Positions 43,274-52,811 of a stretch of 64,000 bases of DNA are shown here, piece after piece. The notes beneath the pieces are model-generated. The model saw nothing but the letters and a program-made list of their open reading frames with translations, was not told where the DNA came from and did not search any database. Source of the stretch: an uncultured Spirochaetota bacterium (GTDB lineage: Bacteria > Spirochaetota > Spirochaetia > SZUA-6 > Fen-1364); NCBI GenBank assembly GCA_963734545.1, contig CAVTHO010000004.1, forward strand, positions 32,001-96,000, given 5' to 3'. Every line of letters starts with the position of its first letter. Positions within the stretch are counted from its first letter, which is position 1. The position numbers and the translations under genes were made by a program.

Positions 43274-45040
43274 ATGCTTGCCAAGCGGTTCACGAATCGG
43301 CTGCTGCTCGCCAACCTCGGGATCCTTCTCGCGCTCCTGGTCTGCGGGGGCCTGGGCCTGTCTTTTGTCCTCGGCGGCTTTCTTCGCGCTGACTTCCGGA
43401 CCCAGCAGGGATATCGCGTCGACAAGATGGCGGAACAGCTTGACAGCGTCCTGGACGAGATGAATCGCCTGTCGATATCCATCCTCGCCTCCCGCCGGAT
43501 CAGTGACATCATGCTCGGCATACCGCGGGACGACAGGAACAATTACTTCCTGATCCATCCTGCCACCCGGTACGAGGTCCTCAACCTGCTCCTGTCCTAC
43601 ACCGCCCTCAAGCCGCTCAAAGGCCGTATCTGCCTGGTCTCGGACAAGGGCGACCTCCTGGACCTTTCGAACCAGCAGGACGCGATGGCCTTCACCAAGC
43701 CTGAGCTCTCGCACATCACGGTCACGAGGGAGGCGGTGCTGGGTGACGAGCCCAAGGCCTTCCTGCCGCCGGGACCTGAACCCTGGTCCCGCCGGCATGC
43801 GGCGGTCATCGCCCTGGTCCGGCGTCTGCAGGATGCGGAACAACGATATGGCTGGCTGGAGATCAACGAGCAGGTCGAGTCCCTCAAATGGATATGGGAG
43901 TCGCGCGGCAACGCTACGCCCGCGCGGGTCGGCCTTTACGATATGGCTGGAACCCTGCTCTACGCCAACTTCAACGGAGCGCCGAGCACCGCCGCGGAGC
44001 TTTCGAACGGGCGGCGCCTGCCTTCCGGAGGAGCGATGGTTTTCATGGCCGAACTCGCCAACGCCGACTGGAGGCTCGCATATTTCGCCGACTCCAAGGG
44101 CCACGAGCTGCTCACGGGCCAGACCATGGGAATCCTCGCCGCGATCCTGCTGGCCTCCTTTGTCCTGATGGCGCTCTTTTCCTGGCTGGCTCTCACGCGC
44201 GTCACGAGGCCGGTACGAAAGCTCACCGACGAGGTTCGGGGCATCACGAGCCTGAACCAGGATTTCAGACCGCCCGACCTGCGCGCGCCGGAGGAGGTCG
44301 CGATCCTGACCCGCGCCTTCCAGGACCTCATCGTCTCTCTCCGGAGGGAGCACGAGGCCCGGCTCCGTCTCCAGGGACAGGAGATGAGCGCGAGGATGGC
44401 GGCCCTGCAGGCCCAGCTCAATCCGCACTTCGTGTTCAACACCCTGACCTGCATCGCGGCCTACGGGAAGAAGCGCGATGGCGCGACCGTGCAGCGGATG
44501 TGCAAGGATCTCACCGCCATGCTCCGTTATTCCCTTCAGAACTCGAATGAGTCGGCGACCATCGACCAGGAACTCGACCAGGCAGAGGGCTATCTCGCTC
44601 TCATGAGCAAGCGCTACGCGCAGTACCTCGAGTATCGGGTCGGTCGGTTCCCGGAGGCGTCCCGGATTCCCGTCCCGCGCCTGCTTCTTCAGCCCGTCAT
44701 CGAGAACTGCTTCGTACATGGCTTCGCCGATACCCCCGGACCCTGGCAGGTCGAAGTCTGCTCCGGCCTGCAAGGGGACAATTGGGAAGTGTCAGTGAAG
44801 GATTCCGGCGGGGGAATGGACGCCGACCGTGTACGGCGCCTTCTTGCCGAGTTTGAGGCGGCGCTGGCCGAGGAATCACCGAGCGTCTTCGACCGCGACT
44901 TCTCGCGCGGCAAGCTCGGCCTCCTCAGCACTTTCGCGCGCCTTCGTGCGCTCTACGGGGAACGGGCGGCTTTCTCTTTGGAAAGCACCGAGGGAACGGG
45001 CCTCCTCGTACGCATCGGGGGGCCGCATGGCCTTGCTTGA
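43274..45040 (+). CDS. YesM-type membrane histidine kinase
   Basis: Two TMs, HAMP, LQAQLNPHFVFNTL and LQPVIENCFVHG. Confidence 0.92.
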   Translation: MLAKRFTNRLLLANLGILLALLVCGGLGLSFVLGGFLRADFRTQQGYRVDKMAEQLDSVLDEMNRLSISILASRRISDIMLGIPRDDRNNYFLIHPATRYEVLNLLLSYTALKPLKGRICLVSDKGDLLDLSNQQDAMAFTKPELSHITVTREAVLGDEPKAFLPPGPEPWSRRHAAVIALVRRLQDAEQRYGWLEINEQVESLKWIWESRGNATPARVGLYDMAGTLLYANFNGAPSTAAELSNGRRLPSGGAMVFMAELANADWRLAYFADSKGHELLTGQTMGILAAILLASFVLMALFSWLALTRVTRPVRKLTDEVRGITSLNQDFRPPDLRAPEEVAILTRAFQDLIVSLRREHEARLRLQGQEMSARMAALQAQLNPHFVFNTLTCIAAYGKKRDGATVQRMCKDLTAMLRYSLQNSNESATIDQELDQAEGYLALMSKRYAQYLEYRVGRFPEASRIPVPRLLLQPVIENCFVHGFADTPGPWQVEVCSGLQGDNWEVSVKDSGGGMDADRVRRLLAEFEAALAEESPSVFDRDFSRGKLGLLSTFARLRALYGERAAFSLESTEGTGLLVRIGGPHGLA

Positions 45041-45770
45041 GGTCTTCATCGCCGAGGACGAGCCTCCCATCGCCGAAATGATCGCGTCCATGGTGGACGA
45101 GTCGCCTTCCGGTTTCCGAACTGCTTTCGTCGCGCACGACGGCAGGAGCATGCTGGACCGGCTTGCAGCCAATAGACCGGATCTCCTCCTCGCTGACATC
45201 AGGATGCCGGTCATGGGCGGCCTCGAGCTCATCGAGGCCGCGAGGCGGCTCCATCCCGACCTGCCCTGCGTCATAATCACGAGCCATTCCGATTTCGAGT
45301 ACGCCCGCGCAGCCATCAGGGCGGGGGCCATGGACTACATCCTGAAAACCTGCCTGCCCGAGAGCCTCGACGAGGTGCTTCTTCGCGTGCGGCAATCACT
45401 CGGGCTCGAAGCGCTTGCAGACCACGTGCCGGACGCGCGCCTGGACACGGGGGCGCGGCTCAAGAAGCATCTGGACCAGATCGTCCGCAGTCCCTTTGAT
45501 CTCCGGGATGTCGCGGAAGCCTGGGGCTATAATTCCCTGTATTTATCCCGGGCTTTCAAAGCCCTTGTCGGCATCTCCCCTAAGCGCTACCACACGAAGG
45601 CCAAGATCGATCTCGTTATCACAATGATGAAGAAGGATCGTCGGCTCCTCCTCAAGGAGGCCGCCTCCGTTATTCATTTCGATGACGAGCTCTACCTGGC
45701 GAAGGTGTTCAGAAAAGAGACCGGCATGAGCTTTTCTGAATTCAGGCGGAAACTGGATGATGGGGGGTGA
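45027..45770 (+). CDS. YesN-type response regulator (REC + AraC)
   Basis: IAEDE, DIRMP, DFEYARAA and YLAKVFRKETG motifs. Confidence 0.92.
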   Translation: MALLEVFIAEDEPPIAEMIASMVDESPSGFRTAFVAHDGRSMLDRLAANRPDLLLADIRMPVMGGLELIEAARRLHPDLPCVIITSHSDFEYARAAIRAGAMDYILKTCLPESLDEVLLRVRQSLGLEALADHVPDARLDTGARLKKHLDQIVRSPFDLRDVAEAWGYNSLYLSRAFKALVGISPKRYHTKAKIDLVITMMKKDRRLLLKEAASVIHFDDELYLAKVFRKETGMSFSEFRRKLDDGG

Positions 45771-47100
45771 TCCAGTGCCAGAGGGCCGCGGGGCACGAAC
45801 CGAATGGTTCATGAGGTCACGGTTCGGAATGTTCATCCATTGGGGACTGTATGCGATCCCGGCCAAGGGCGAATGGATCCGCAGCCAGGCACGGATGACC
45901 GAGGAGTCGTACCGCGAGTATTTCGACTCTTTCGATCCCGTGGACTGCGACCCGCGGGTATGGGCTCGCCTTGCGAAGAAAGCAGGGATGAAATACGCGG
46001 TTTTCACGGCGAAGCACCACGACGGGTTTTGCCTCTTCGAAAGCGCCTTCACTGATTACAAATCGACCGTCACGAAGGCTGGCCGCGACTTCGTCGCTGA
46101 ATATGTCGAAGCCTTCCGCGCCGAGGATCTTGAAGTCGGACTCTATTACTCGCTGATTGACTGGCACCACCCCGATTATCCGCACTGGGGAGATCGCCAT
46201 CATCCCCAGCGCGATGACGCTGCGTTTCAGGGCCACCACCACGACTTCGGCCGCTACCTCGACTATCTCCACGGCCAGGTCAAGGAATTATGCAGCAACT
46301 ATGGGAAACTCTCGATCCTCTGGTTCGATTTCTCCTATGACGCGCTCACAGGTGAGGCATGGCATGCCACCGACCTCGTGCGGATGGTTCGCTCCCTCCA
46401 GCCCTCGGTGATCATCGACAACCGCCTCGAGGCCTCCGGTGAGACTCTCGGTTCGATCGTAGGAGGCGAGCCAGGGGAGTACGCGGGCGACTTCGCCTCT
46501 CCCGAGCAGATCATTCCACCCGAAGGCGTGCGGGACGCGCGGGGACGCCCGCTTCCCTGGGAGGCCTGCGTCACGATGAACAACCATTGGGGCTACGCGG
46601 CTGCCGACCACGCCTGGAAGCCGCCACGCCAGCTCCTGCGCAAGCTCGTTGAATGCGTCTCCAAGGGCGGAAACCTCATCCTTAACATCGGGCCGGACGC
46701 CCGTGGCGCAATCCCGCCCGAATCCACGCGCAGCCTCGAGCACATCGGCTCCTGGCTCGCCGCAAATGGGGCGAGCATCTACGGATGCGGCGCGAGCGGC
46801 TTTCCCAAGCCCGAGTGGGGATACTTCACGAAAAATGGCCAGAAGCTCTTCGCCCACGTCTTTGAGCCGCCCATCGGATCCCTTGCCCTCCCCGGTCTTG
46901 GCGGCGGAAGGATTGCGCGCATGCGCCTGCTCAAAGACGGATCTGAGCTCCGTGAAAACGACGCCTGGAACACGAAGATCTTTGCGAATAACGCCTTCGT
47001 GAACTTCGCCGAACCGGCCGATTTCACCTTCCCTCTCCCCGATGAAGACGACACCGTCATCGAAATCGAGCTGCGAGAGCTGACGCTGCCGCATGAGTGA
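45757..47100 (+). CDS. GH29 alpha-L-fucosidase
   Basis: RFGMFIHWGLY, TAKHHDGFCLF, ILWFD and GGNLILNIGP motifs. Confidence 0.93.
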   Translation: MMGGDPVPEGRGARTEWFMRSRFGMFIHWGLYAIPAKGEWIRSQARMTEESYREYFDSFDPVDCDPRVWARLAKKAGMKYAVFTAKHHDGFCLFESAFTDYKSTVTKAGRDFVAEYVEAFRAEDLEVGLYYSLIDWHHPDYPHWGDRHHPQRDDAAFQGHHHDFGRYLDYLHGQVKELCSNYGKLSILWFDFSYDALTGEAWHATDLVRMVRSLQPSVIIDNRLEASGETLGSIVGGEPGEYAGDFASPEQIIPPEGVRDARGRPLPWEACVTMNNHWGYAAADHAWKPPRQLLRKLVECVSKGGNLILNIGPDARGAIPPESTRSLEHIGSWLAANGASIYGCGASGFPKPEWGYFTKNGQKLFAHVFEPPIGSLALPGLGGGRIARMRLLKDGSELRENDAWNTKIFANNAFVNFAEPADFTFPLPDEDDTVIEIELRELTLPHE

Positions 47101-47200
47101 AAATGTTGGTGCCAGAAGAGCCTTTCAGACAACGCCGCGATTGCTCTTGAACGTCAGCCCAGTTGATTTGGGGGACACGGGACCGGCTCGAACAGGCTTC

Positions 47201-47297
47201 TCAAACAGCCAACAAAGCAGGTGTCTCCTCGATCTTGTGCTCGTAGCAGTAGGTTCGAAGCTCGTCCAATAGGGGAAGCGACGGTTGAGTCGAACGG
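47201..47297 (+). repeat. Junction J4: LPLLDELRT arm + GCGACGG..GAGTCGAACGG arm
   Basis: TAGGTTCGAAGCTCGTCCAATAG is identical at 39814 and 47250; right arm matches 39212-39231. Confidence 0.9.
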
Positions 47298-47348
47298 GCT
47301 CGCAGGTCTGACCACCGGCGAGCTCGTTTCGTTCCCGGGCGTGATCGC

Positions 47349-47546
47349 CTACTTCCGTTCAATCGCCAACACGAGCTGCTTGACGATCTTGGGGTGCAGG
47401 TCTTTCCTCGAATGGAAAGGAATGACAAACCTTTTCTGGTCCCGCATGTAGATCCTGTGGCTCCCCTTCGCGCGAACAAACGCGAAGCCATGTTGAAGCA
47501 ATAGGCGCTCCGCCTCGTCCGCCGTCAGACGCGGAAGCCTAGGCAA
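47349..47546 (-). CDS. hicA: HicA family toxin
   Basis: HGFAFVRAKGSHRIY...VIPFH. Confidence 0.88.
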   Translation of the reverse strand: MPRLPRLTADEAERLLLQHGFAFVRAKGSHRIYMRDQKRFVIPFHSRKDLHPKIVKQLVLAIERK

Positions 47547-47783
47547 TATTCACCTCGACAGACGTTGTGAGGATCTCCTTGCTGAGACGCCGCTTGCGTT
47601 CCTCAACATCCATCGTCTCAGATAAAGCTCAACCGCTTCGCGAATGTTCGCCATCACTTCTTCGAGGGTGGTGCCTTGAGTGTGGCAGCCCTCGAGCTCC
47701 GGCGCGTAGGCGTAGTACCCCTCTTCATCCGTCTCTATAACTACGTTGACTTTGTATGACACAGGCGTTCCTTTCTCTTTCAT
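47539..47783 (-). CDS. hicB: HicB family antitoxin (apparent frameshift ~47620)
   Basis: YYAYAPELEGCHTQGTTLEEVMANIREAVELYL; continues ETMDVEE...VEVNIA* in another frame. Confidence 0.82.
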
Positions 47784-47799
47784 TCCTCGACACCCCAAG

Positions 47800-48019
47800 A
47801 AGGGGAGAGCGAGACTTCTCCTCCGACCGCCATGCCGCGTAGGAGAGAGCCGCTGAGATGTCTTCCCTCTCGAGGTATGGACATTCTTTGAGGATTTCCG
47901 ATTGGGTGTGACCGGACGCCAGGAGCCCTACAAGTGCTAACGGACACCCTCAGGCCGCGGATGCACGGCTTGCCACCGAGGACTCCCGGATCTTGCGTGA
48001 TTCTTTCCAAATGAGGCAT
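47800..48019 (-). pseudogene. DUF433 protein, frameshifted (pseudogene or read error); no PIN partner
   Basis: RITQDPGVLGGKPCIRGLRVSV, then EILKECPYLEREDISAALSYAAW in another frame. Confidence 0.7.
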
Positions 48020-48175
48020 CGCAGACTTCCCCCGAGTGATGATACACAATAGCTCCGCACCTCTCAACGGCCCTATATGACTGCGGCCACCAAGGTGCAA
48101 CTGAAGACTGGCGGCTTCAGTTCCTGAGCTTCCAAACGTTGTCGGCGGCTACTTTCCCAGCCGAGCCGAACAACG

Positions 48176-48248
48176 TCCTCGATCAACGGCACCGATAGGA
48201 GTGTTAACGACCCGGCCGCCCGTTCGACTCGGGCCGGGGGAGCGAAGA
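48176..48248 (+). repeat. Junction J5: divergent tRNA-Asn 3' half
   Basis: GTGTTAAC...GCCCG-TTCGACT-CGGGC-CGGGGGAGC; CCGGGGGAGCGAAGA repeated at 58539-58553. Confidence 0.85.
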
Positions 48249-48265
48249 GGAACACACTCGAACGG

Positions 48266-48301
48266 AGCGCTTTCTGGGTCACACTGGAAAGCGCTGTTTT
48301 T
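48266..48301 (+). terminator. Terminator-like hairpin right of junction J5
   Basis: AGCGCTTTC/GAAAGCGCT followed by GTTTTT. Confidence 0.55.
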
Positions 48302-48409
48302 ACGCCTCCCTCCTGCAACAGGAGGCAGGCGATCAGGCCTGCGAGGGCTGGCTTCTTCTCCTCCTCTGAACTCTGAGAAAACGATCAGAATCTTGGTCAC
48401 CAGGCCCTG

Positions 48410-48466
48410 GCAGGGCCTCACCAAAACCTCGTTGTCCTTGGGAGTAGGTTTTTCCACTTCCTCCCC
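48410..48466 (-). pseudogene. Tiny N-terminal remnant of a zinc-binding/NAD(P)-dependent alcohol dehydrogenase
   Basis: EEVEKPTPKDNEVLVR peptide typical of MDR-family N-termini; no continuation. Confidence 0.45.
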
Positions 48467-48804
48467 TCGGCAGGCTCGTTGCTTCGGCCGCCCAGCGGCC
48501 TCGCGGCGACGTGCTCCGGGAGTACCAGAAGGTGCTCATGGATGCGCTGGCGCTGGCGGCGACGGTGAGAAAGAACGTCAACGTGCTCCCGCACAGCATG
48601 GGGTACTTCAAGAAGGTCCTGACCGCGGATGAGAAAGCCGAGCTCACCGAGGTGATCGTCCAGTACCACCAGGGCCTGGTGCCGCTCATCGTGCCCGTCG
48701 TTCTGCTTCGCCACCACGCCCGCAAGTACGCCGAGCCGTACCTGCTGCGCCAGCTCTATCTCAACCCGTATCCTGCCGAGCTGATGCTGCGAAACCACGC
48801 GTAG
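48466..48804 (+). pseudogene. 5'-truncated YbgA / DUF1722 gene
   Basis: KNVNVLPHSMGYFKK...YLLRQLYLNPYPAELMLRNHA; N-terminal part absent. Confidence 0.75.
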
Positions 48805-48805
48805 G

Positions 48806-50176
48806 TCAGGGTCCTTCCGTCTCTTCGACGGAACGGAGATACGCGGCCATGTCGAACTTCCTTTTCAAGCCTGAGTCGTTCATGTACCGCACGTTTCCGA
48901 AAATCGGCTTCCTGCCCCACGGCCTGTCGTGCAGCCCGAAGCACCATGCCACCCCGGCGAAAGAGCAGGGGTCCCGGCCGTCGAGGAACCAGCGGTTGTT
49001 CAGTCGGAGCGCTTCGTGGAAGCCGTCCTGCGGGCTGGGGCTCCATTCCAGGATCTTCTTGCCCCAGTACATCCTCATGTACCCGTGCAGCCGGCCCGTG
49101 CGCTTCATCCGGTTCATGGCTGCGTTCCAGAACGGGTCGTGCGTTGCCGCACCCTCCAGCTGCGAGGGCGTGTACAGGAACGGCCGCGGATCGCCGGCGT
49201 GAGCGCCCAGGGTCTCGCGCGCCCACACGGGCAGACAGGACCACTGGTCATAGTCAGTGGAGTGCTCGACGAAGTTCACGGCAAGTTCACGCCGGACGAT
49301 GAGCTGTTCCAGGAACGCGGCGCGGGCGCCTTCCGACGCGTGACGCGCGCGGGCCACGGTGAGCGCGATTCTTACCGGTGAGATCTGGCCGAAGTGGAGG
49401 TACGGGCTCAGCCCCGACTGCGTGCCCAGATTGGGGTCATGTCTCTCGCTGCCGTAGTAGGGAAGCTTCTTCGAGACGAACGAGCGCAGGAGGGAGAGTG
49501 CTTCACGCGTTCCTCCGGTGCCGCCCAGGGACGGGGCGACAGCCGGAACGCTCCTGTCCACCCGCAGGTCGACGAGAAGGCCCGAATCCAGCGAGCGCAC
49601 GGCGTGGGCCACGGAAATGCCCAGGGAGTCCTTCTTCGGGCGCGGAGAACGGTGGACGCGCAGGCAGGTCTCTAACTGCCGATGAATCCTGGGGCGAAGA
49701 GTCGCGGCTGACCATTCCCGCTTCGCGGAGGCGCTGTCCACGGGCACCACGACGTCGCCTTCCACCTCGAGCACCCGGCAGGTGCTGCGCTCCGCGACCG
49801 CGCGACGCCACTCCTTCTGGTGACGAAGGTAGCCGCGGTCGCACACCACGAGAGCCGCTGCGCGTGACGCGGAGAGGGCCGCTTCGGGCGGCGTCCCCGG
49901 GACGACCGCGAGCTGCACGCCGCGCTCCTCCAGCGATTCCCTGGTCTCCCGAAGGCCTTCCAGCATGAACGCGAAATGTCTCAGGTTGGCTTCGGGATAT
50001 GAGACGTCCAGGCCCAGGACGCAGAGCACCGGCAGGGAGAGTTCGTTTGCCTGCTCCACGGCGACATCCAGCGCGGGGTTGTCCTCGGCTCTCTGGGAGG
50101 CCTGCATCCAGTACAGCACGTACCGTCCCCGGCCTACCGCGGCATTGTTGAGGGCCCGTGTTCGCTCTTCGTGCAT
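48806..50176 (-). CDS. phr: Class II CPD DNA photolyase
   Basis: YVLYWMQASQRAEDNPAL, SGLSPYLHFGQIS, LHGYMRMYWGKKILEW and DGRDP motifs. Confidence 0.93.
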   Translation of the reverse strand: MHEERTRALNNAAVGRGRYVLYWMQASQRAEDNPALDVAVEQANELSLPVLCVLGLDVSYPEANLRHFAFMLEGLRETRESLEERGVQLAVVPGTPPEAALSASRAAALVVCDRGYLRHQKEWRRAVAERSTCRVLEVEGDVVVPVDSASAKREWSAATLRPRIHRQLETCLRVHRSPRPKKDSLGISVAHAVRSLDSGLLVDLRVDRSVPAVAPSLGGTGGTREALSLLRSFVSKKLPYYGSERHDPNLGTQSGLSPYLHFGQISPVRIALTVARARHASEGARAAFLEQLIVRRELAVNFVEHSTDYDQWSCLPVWARETLGAHAGDPRPFLYTPSQLEGAATHDPFWNAAMNRMKRTGRLHGYMRMYWGKKILEWSPSPQDGFHEALRLNNRWFLDGRDPCSFAGVAWCFGLHDRPWGRKPIFGNVRYMNDSGLKRKFDMAAYLRSVEETEGP

Positions 50177-50204
50177 CTCGCCTCACCCGCGCGCCGCAGA
50201 CGAT

Positions 50205-50732
50205 TCAACGAACCGCTTTCAGGCCGCGTGAAATCTCCACTGCCCCTTCCTCCGAGAAGCGCCCCATCGCTCGCGCGAGGATCTCGCCCGAGGGGGTCAC
50301 GACGAACACCGCTATCTGTTTCGTGTCCCGCAGGCCCAGGGCGCGCGTGAACTCCTTGACGTCGATATACAAGGTGATCGTCGCGGCACGGGCAGTCCGG
50401 TCCGTGATCCCCGATCTCATGCCGTTGTCGATGATGAAGCGCATGAAGACATAGGACCGCGCCATCGTGGGAAGCTCCCACGTGGCCAGGGAGGGGTTCT
50501 CGGACTTCAGCGACTGGACGAACGTGCGCCATGAGTCCACGTCGTCCTGTTGCTTCATTTCAAAGGCCACGAACACCAGGCTGGCAGGGCCGGGAAAATC
50601 GCCCGGAAGGCTGACGTCACGTCCATTCAAGTCCTGGCCGCTTGTCTTCGGGAAAAGCCGCTGGGCGTCGTCCTGCGCATGCGCCCCGAGGGCCGCCAGG
50701 AGGAGGGCGACAATGGGCTGTCCGCGTTTCAT
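50205..50732 (-). CDS. Exported thioredoxin-fold-like protein without CxxC (ATP10-like)
   Basis: Signal peptide; FPKTSGQDLNGRDVSLP..LVFVAF..QQDDVDSW; IDNGMRSGI. Confidence 0.65.
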   Translation of the reverse strand: MKRGQPIVALLLAALGAHAQDDAQRLFPKTSGQDLNGRDVSLPGDFPGPASLVFVAFEMKQQDDVDSWRTFVQSLKSENPSLATWELPTMARSYVFMRFIIDNGMRSGITDRTARAATITLYIDVKEFTRALGLRDTKQIAVFVVTPSGEILARAMGRFSEEGAVEISRGLKAVR

Positions 50733-52027
50733 CAGAACTCCACCCGCACCTGCAGTTCCGCCGTCAGGGAGTTGTTCCCCGTTATGTACGTGAAGGCCTT
50801 GTTCGCCCCCCCGCCTGCCCAGCTGAGGCTGAAGGTGAAAGGCGGCACTCGGGGAAGGTCGATGGACGTCGACAGCCTGCTGAGAAACGACTGGTCGGAA
50901 ACATCCACGAACCCGGCAATCGTTGCGCTCACCCCGTCAACGAACAGGTGCTTCCGGGTCAGGGCAGCATAGGAATACAGCTTGCCGACGTAGAAGGGGG
51001 TGAACAGCTGCGCCGCGGCCAGGGCGGGGTAGCTCGAGACGTCCGAGGTGCCGGCGTCGTTATAGAAAAGCTCCCCCGCGACGCTCCAGTAGCTCAGCTC
51101 ACCGAAGGTCCGCTGGAAGCCGACCGACGACGCCCAGGTGAACGCCGAGCCGCCGGTCGGGATGCCCGCGCTGAGCTCACCGTACAAGTCGAACCCCAGT
51201 ATCCTGCCGGAAAAGTCGAAGCCGACCTGGCTCTGGATTCCGAAGCCTGTGATGCCCGTCACGGCAAGCTCGACACCCAGGACCGTGAGGTCCCACCGGG
51301 CGGCGAGGTTCGTCGTGCGGACCGGGTCGTTGACGGTCCCCGACGTCACGGTGCCGGACATGTCGGCAAAGATGAAAAGGTTGCTGATGCCCGCCGGCAC
51401 CGTGATCCGCACCCCCGGCTTGCCCACGCGCAGGTCGAGGGCGGCCAGCGGGTTCACCCGCTGGAGGTTGACGAAGTCCACCGGGGTCCAGATCACTGAT
51501 GGCCCCCACGCCAGGAGCTGGTTGCCGATGCGAAAGAACACCTTCTGCGCGATGTCCAGGCTGATGTAGAACTCCGCGAGCTGGTAGCTCGCCCCGAAGA
51601 GGTCACCTGCGGACTGCGAAAGGAGCGGGCCGACGGGACCGAACGGGGTGCCCGGGACGGTGCCGGCGGCGCCCTGGTAGAGACTCTTTGAATAGTTGTA
51701 GGCCAGGTAGGCGGCACCATAATCCGGAACGGTTACCTTCACAAAGGCTTTGCCGGAAAACGATCCCCCGCCGCCGTAGCCGCTGAAATCGGTGGTTGTC
51801 GTAACCGAGGTGTCCCACAGGAGGTTCCCCCCGAGCTGGGTCTCCAGCTTCGCCTTCTGCTCCTCCTGCTTGCTTTGCTGGACGTTCTGGTCGAACGCCG
51901 AGGTGTCGAACACGTCCTGACCCGACTCCTGGCCATTCGCGGCGGCGAGAACCGTGAGAAGGAGCACCAGCGCGATGCCGAACGGGGTGCCGGAAGCCGC
52001 CCGGGAGGTCCGCACGAGTCGCCTCAT
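50732..52027 (-). CDS. Putative outer-membrane beta-barrel protein
   Basis: Signal peptide, RIGNQLLAWG..WTPVDF, alternating strands, C-terminal ELQVRVEF beta-signal. Confidence 0.75.
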   Translation of the reverse strand: MRRLVRTSRAASGTPFGIALVLLLTVLAAANGQESGQDVFDTSAFDQNVQQSKQEEQKAKLETQLGGNLLWDTSVTTTTDFSGYGGGGSFSGKAFVKVTVPDYGAAYLAYNYSKSLYQGAAGTVPGTPFGPVGPLLSQSAGDLFGASYQLAEFYISLDIAQKVFFRIGNQLLAWGPSVIWTPVDFVNLQRVNPLAALDLRVGKPGVRITVPAGISNLFIFADMSGTVTSGTVNDPVRTTNLAARWDLTVLGVELAVTGITGFGIQSQVGFDFSGRILGFDLYGELSAGIPTGGSAFTWASSVGFQRTFGELSYWSVAGELFYNDAGTSDVSSYPALAAAQLFTPFYVGKLYSYAALTRKHLFVDGVSATIAGFVDVSDQSFLSRLSTSIDLPRVPPFTFSLSWAGGGANKAFTYITGNNSLTAELQVRVEF

Positions 52028-52794
52028 CTGGATTTCTCCTCGAGGTAGGCCTTTGTGAACGTGTAGTCGGGAATGGGGGCCGTGGAGATGTTCTCGTTGG
52101 TGAGGAACGTCTGCTGCCCCTGTTCCAGGTTGTTGACCGCGAGGAGCTTGGTGAAGAGTGACTTGCCGTTTCCCAGGCTCTTGTATTCGATGAAGTAGTA
52201 GGTCACCAGGAGCGTCTCGGACACCGAGAGGTTCTCCACCTTCACCGGCAGCCCGTCGGACTTCCGCACGTACCACTTCTGCACCGGGTAGGAGACGTCG
52301 GGCACTTTCGCGTCCAGCCGGACCACCGCGCACTCCCACTTGGAGACCCGGGCCGTGCCGCCGGACGAAGCGGTGTACTGCTCCAGGATCTTCTGGCGGC
52401 CGAAAAGGTCCGTGCGGGCGTCCGTTGACCCGATATTGTCCTTGCGGTTCTTGTACACGAACTCCCTGGTCGAAGGGAGGTAGAAGTACAGGTCGTCGCC
52501 CCTGCGCAGGTATCCTTTTCCCTTCTCGCTGTCAGGATACTGGAAGAGGATGGTGTACATGTCCGCGCCGTCGCGGCGGAAGGTCTGCACGCGCAGCACA
52601 CGGTCCGTCTCCCCGGACTTCTTCTGCACGAGGGTGAATGTGGTGGTGACGTCCAGCCCGTCCGTGTTCAGCTGTGATTCCCACCCCCTCGCAATCTGCT
52701 CGGCCGCGGGGTCGGAGGGGGGCGCGGCGGAGAACGCGAATGACGCCGCTCCCAGGAACAGGAGGATCGTTGTCCTTCGAACAGAGCTCTTCAT
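52024..52794 (-). CDS. LolA-like outer-membrane lipoprotein-sorting protein (TP0789-like)
   Basis: Signal peptide; FQYPDSEKGKGYL..DDLYFYLP, GSTDARTDL and PDYTFTKAYL motifs. Confidence 0.8.
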   Translation of the reverse strand: MKSSVRRTTILLFLGAASFAFSAAPPSDPAAEQIARGWESQLNTDGLDVTTTFTLVQKKSGETDRVLRVQTFRRDGADMYTILFQYPDSEKGKGYLRRGDDLYFYLPSTREFVYKNRKDNIGSTDARTDLFGRQKILEQYTASSGGTARVSKWECAVVRLDAKVPDVSYPVQKWYVRKSDGLPVKVENLSVSETLLVTYYFIEYKSLGNGKSLFTKLLAVNNLEQGQQTFLTNENISTAPIPDYTFTKAYLEEKSR

Positions 52795-52811
52795 GGTCTC
52801 AGACTCCTTTT

